From Kiritimatiellota bacterium (GTDB lineage Bacteria; Verrucomicrobiota; Lentisphaeria; Oligosphaerales; JAADHN01), in the NCBI GenBank assembly GCA_013151865.1, contig JAADHN010000066.1, positions 8,311 through 72,310 on the forward strand: a DNA stretch of 64,000 nucleotides, given 5' to 3'. Positions 60,789 to 64,000 of the stretch are shown one piece after another (the first letter of the stretch is position 1; every line of letters begins with the position of its first letter). The notes below the pieces were generated by a model. The model ran no database searches and had not been told where the DNA came from. It was given only the letters and a program-made list of their open reading frames with translations. The position numbers and the translations under genes are program-made.

Positions 60789-62996
60789 ATGAATGAACCG
60801 AATCGTGAGGGAATCCTGGACCGCCTGACCGAGCCCCTGCAGGACGACCCCGAGCTGCGGCTCGACGTCCGGGCCGAGCTGGCAGCACACCTCGAGGACA
60901 AGGCGTGCGAACTCCGCGAACAGGGGACCGCCGCGGAAGCGGCGCGCAACGAAGCGTTGCGTGCTCTCGGCGCCCCCGCGGAGATCGGCGCCGACCTGCT
61001 GGTTGCCAACCGACCGCGCATGAAACGTCGTGCCCGCATTCGCTTGGCGCTGCGCGCCTTGGCCGTGCCTCTGGCCATCGTTGCCGCACTCTGGTGCGCG
61101 GGCATGGGACAACTGCTGGATTATGCCGCCTCGGTTGACATGCTGACCGCAAATGCGATGACACCGCCTTGGTTACGCCGGAAAGGGCTCCGGGCAGGGC
61201 CGAAGCCCTTCACCCCGGAGCAAGAACTTGTCCTCCACGGCGACCGTTCCCGGAAAGGGCGCGCAACACAACAGCGGGCAATCTGGGAACGGTGGCCGGA
61301 CAACCTGACGTATCTGCGCAATTACGCCACGTATCTTCTCGTCGATTACGGACAACTCGGTGAATCACCGACGGAGCGTTTGAAGAAGTTCGAATCCGAG
61401 ATGCGTATGGCCATGCGCAAAGATCCGGAGAACGCGCGGTACCATCACCTTCTTGCCGCCAAAATGCTCGAACAGGCCGCGGAGATCAAAAAGGGACCCA
61501 CCGGAAAAGCGAAGGCGGACCGCCGATCTCCCCGATACCGCCTCGAAGTCAAAGACCGGGACCTGCTCGACCGGGCCATGGCGGAATTCCGGAAAGGCCT
61601 CGCGAAACCCATGCTCCGGCGGGGTGCGGCCGAGATGCTGAGCGAGCGTCTCCGGATCCTGGGACCGCCGCGCCGTCGACTGGACCAGATTCGTCGCATC
61701 GCGCTGGCCGCCGCGGTGCTTCTCCCCGATCTGGCTGTCTATCGAAACCTGGCCCGCGCTGCCGGACCGTACGCGGGATTGCTGGTGGCGGAACACCGAA
61801 AAGACGACGCGGCCCCATTCCTCGACGCCTGGGAAAAACTGGCGCTGCAACTCAACGACGATGCCTTCACTCTCATCGACGAACTGGTCGTCCTTGCCGT
61901 CATCGACCTCGGTTCGTCCCAAGCCGCGGAAGTCTGTGAACGCGCCGGGACACCGGACCGAGCCGAGGCAATCCGACACCGAGCGGAGGCCCTTGGCGCG
62001 GTCATCCGCGACTGGCGCCGAAGCGTTCAGGACAAGACACACGGCGAGCAACTGAAACACCAACTCCGTCAGCATGCCGGCATCCTGAGTTCTCTGCTGC
62101 TGCCCGCCCTGGGCAGCGAGTCTCTCTCGGATATGGACGCGCTGGCTCCGGACCGTCTGCTCGATTACACGCTGGCGGAGGAAGGTCTCGCCGGGGCGAT
62201 CAGCCTGACGCTCCTGGCGCTGATGCTGGGAGCGCTGGGCGCCGCACTCTGGCGGCGCTTGCTCGACCGCAAGCGACCGCCCCCGCTGTACCTGTTGCCG
62301 GATGCCCGCTCGCTGGCCGGGATCGTTCTGTTCGGTATTGCGGCTCCGGCCTTGGTGTACGTGATCCTGACGCACTGGACTTCCTTCGGCGGCCGGGAAT
62401 ACTCGTTACCCTATCAGTGGCCGAGATTCATGGCGCAGGCCACGGTCCTCCTGGCCGTCGTGACTGCATCGTGCGGGGGCCTGGCCGCCAGTTGGGCGCG
62501 CCGGCGCTGTGAAGCGTTGGGCTTGCCTTGTCCCCGCCCTTGGCCAACGAAGCGGATGCGGCGTGTTTTCACTGCAAGCGTCTTCCTGCTTTTCCTCGTC
62601 AGCCTTCTCCCCGCCGAGGCGCTCAGCGGCACGGAGTTCGATTGGGCGACGATCACGGTCGTCGTTCTCTCCGCGCTCGTGGGCGTCATGCTGTTTCTTC
62701 GGGGGGCCGTTGCACTTGCGATGGCGCTTTGCGCACCGAGGGACCAAGCGTTCTACCGCGGCACGCTGGCCCGATCTCTGGTGCCCATGCTCGCCGTGGC
62801 CGTGATGGCGTGGAGCGCCGTCAGCCGTCCCTGGTTGATTCGTCAGGAAGGAGAATTGATCCGCCGGGACACGCTGATGAGCACTCCGTCCGAGGGGCTC
62901 ATCGGCTTTACCAGCGTCGAAGCACACTTGGCCCGACGGTTGAAACAGGGGGTGGAGGAAGCGGCAAAACAGCTCGGGTCGAGGCGGGGTCGATGA
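60789..62996 (+). CDS. PadR-associated membrane protein with an N-terminal permease-prefix-like domain, a large helical extracytoplasmic domain and C-terminal TM helices
   Basis: VRAELAAHLEDK...EALRALGAPAEIGADL is typical of proteins encoded after subfamily-2 padR. One N-terminal TM and several C-terminal TM helices. Confidence 0.72.
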   Translation: MNEPNREGILDRLTEPLQDDPELRLDVRAELAAHLEDKACELREQGTAAEAARNEALRALGAPAEIGADLLVANRPRMKRRARIRLALRALAVPLAIVAALWCAGMGQLLDYAASVDMLTANAMTPPWLRRKGLRAGPKPFTPEQELVLHGDRSRKGRATQQRAIWERWPDNLTYLRNYATYLLVDYGQLGESPTERLKKFESEMRMAMRKDPENARYHHLLAAKMLEQAAEIKKGPTGKAKADRRSPRYRLEVKDRDLLDRAMAEFRKGLAKPMLRRGAAEMLSERLRILGPPRRRLDQIRRIALAAAVLLPDLAVYRNLARAAGPYAGLLVAEHRKDDAAPFLDAWEKLALQLNDDAFTLIDELVVLAVIDLGSSQAAEVCERAGTPDRAEAIRHRAEALGAVIRDWRRSVQDKTHGEQLKHQLRQHAGILSSLLLPALGSESLSDMDALAPDRLLDYTLAEEGLAGAISLTLLALMLGALGAALWRRLLDRKRPPPLYLLPDARSLAGIVLFGIAAPALVYVILTHWTSFGGREYSLPYQWPRFMAQATVLLAVVTASCGGLAASWARRRCEALGLPCPRPWPTKRMRRVFTASVFLLFLVSLLPAEALSGTEFDWATITVVVLSALVGVMLFLRGAVALAMALCAPRDQAFYRGTLARSLVPMLAVAVMAWSAVSRPWLIRQEGELIRRDTLMSTPSEGLIGFTSVEAHLARRLKQGVEEAAKQLGSRRGR

Positions 62997-63004
62997 GCGC
63001 TGAC

Positions 63005-64000
63005 CTACCGATGAGCAGGACGCGGGGAGCCGGAAGCGGCCGCCCTCCCAAACGTCAACACGACGATCGACGCCGGCGGCAGTGACAGCGTACGGTTCCG
63101 CACGCGGTACTCGACCTGCTCGACGCGGAATGCGTCGCCGCGTTCGCTTTCCCCGGTCAGCACGGCAGCCGTACAGCGAGCCGGCAAGCGCAGGCCGACC
63201 ACGCTGACCGAAACCGAGCGTTCCGGATCTTTGTTGGCAAGAAGCAGGGTCGCCGAACGACTTTGGGGATCGGTGCAAGCCATGGCCTCGAGGTACGGTA
63301 CGTCCACGGACGGGAGATCCGCCAGTTGCCCGTCGCGAACGAAGGTCGGCGTCTGCACGTCCACGGCCGCCAAACGTCCGCGCAGGGACCGGTGAAGCAG
63401 CCGAAACGCCCCGCCCGTCGGCCGCAACTCCGGCGGTGCGGCGTCGCGCCCCTTCGCCATGGCCGAAAAGTGCGCCTTCTTCGGAGCCGAGAGCAGAAAG
63501 AACTGGGCGGAACTCAGCCGCTCTTCCAGGTAGACGCGAACGGCACTGAAGACATACAGCGCGACGGCCATATCGTGCGACGTGTGGAACGGCGGTTTGT
63601 ACGTCGGCGGGTGCACGTTCCACTCGGAACAATGCAAGGTCCATTTGCCCCGCCCGAAACGCTCGACCAACGCCCGGTCCCGGAGCACGCGCTCCCGGAG
63701 CACGGGGCCGTAACCCGCACGGCGCAGGAACTCATCCCGCGGGCGGGACAACTTGTGCCAGCCCACGTTGTAGTAGTGGTTCACGAGGAAGTCGATCAGG
63801 CCGGGATCCAGCATCTTGCACAGGCGTTCGTTCCACTCCGAATCGCCCATGTGCAAAGGAACCCCGACCTTGACAGGGAGGCCCGCGCCCTTCAGTGCCC
63901 CCGCACAGTCGTTGGCGTAACGAGCCAGGGCCTCGGGAGGCCATCCCCCATTCTTGTCGAACTGGGGTTCGTTCCACACCTCCCAATACAGCGGACCGTC
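63005..64000 (-). CDS. Clan GH-A glycoside hydrolase (GH39/GH51-like) with C-terminal beta-sandwich; 5'-partial
   Basis: YWEVWNEP, DFLVNHYY, LHCSEWNV and a GH51-like tail ATLLLANKD...LSLPPASIVVLTF. Confidence 0.7.
   Translation of the reverse strand, partial: DGPLYWEVWNEPQFDKNGGWPPEALARYANDCAGALKGAGLPVKVGVPLHMGDSEWNERLCKMLDPGLIDFLVNHYYNVGWHKLSRPRDEFLRRAGYGPVLRERVLRDRALVERFGRGKWTLHCSEWNVHPPTYKPPFHTSHDMAVALYVFSAVRVYLEERLSSAQFFLLSAPKKAHFSAMAKGRDAAPPELRPTGGAFRLLHRSLRGRLAAVDVQTPTFVRDGQLADLPSVDVPYLEAMACTDPQSRSATLLLANKDPERSVSVSVVGLRLPARCTAAVLTGESERGDAFRVEQVEYRVRNRTLSLPPASIVVLTFGRAAASGSPRPAHR

Overview
A high-GC bacterial window. Its gene content (DUF1080, LVIVD, DUF6784/6785-like, an orphan PFL-family glycyl radical enzyme, many large secreted carbohydrate-active proteins) suggests an anaerobic PVC-superphylum polysaccharide degrader such as Lentisphaerota or Kiritimatiellota; this taxonomy is inference only. 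Most of the window is carbohydrate metabolism, cell-envelope glycosyltransferases, signalling and housekeeping genes. The standout feature is a ~7 kb, visibly AT-richer operon (52.4-59.7 kb) bracketed by two copies of a ~205 bp MITE, each with terminal inverted repeats and its own 6-bp target-site duplication. The operon encodes a Cys/His leader protein, a His/Cys-decorated PrsA/SurA-like foldase, a CDF metal transporter fused to an HflK/SPFH domain, HflC, a second HflK, and three tiny single-TM proteins. Two of those three are clear paralogues, and none is called at its true coordinates by the ORF track. This is a candidate metal-handling SPFH-cage system with no ftsH gene in the window. Other points of note are a degenerate PilS/PilR-like pair (kinase lacking its ATPase domain, enhancer-binding protein lacking GAFTGA), a non-canonical glycyl radical enzyme (GCHW Cys loop) in a sugar-catabolic operon, and a large glycoside hydrolase gene split by a one-base frameshift in an A6 run. 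I saw no rRNA, tRNA or CRISPR array. All family assignments come from motif recognition by eye; no database searches were run.
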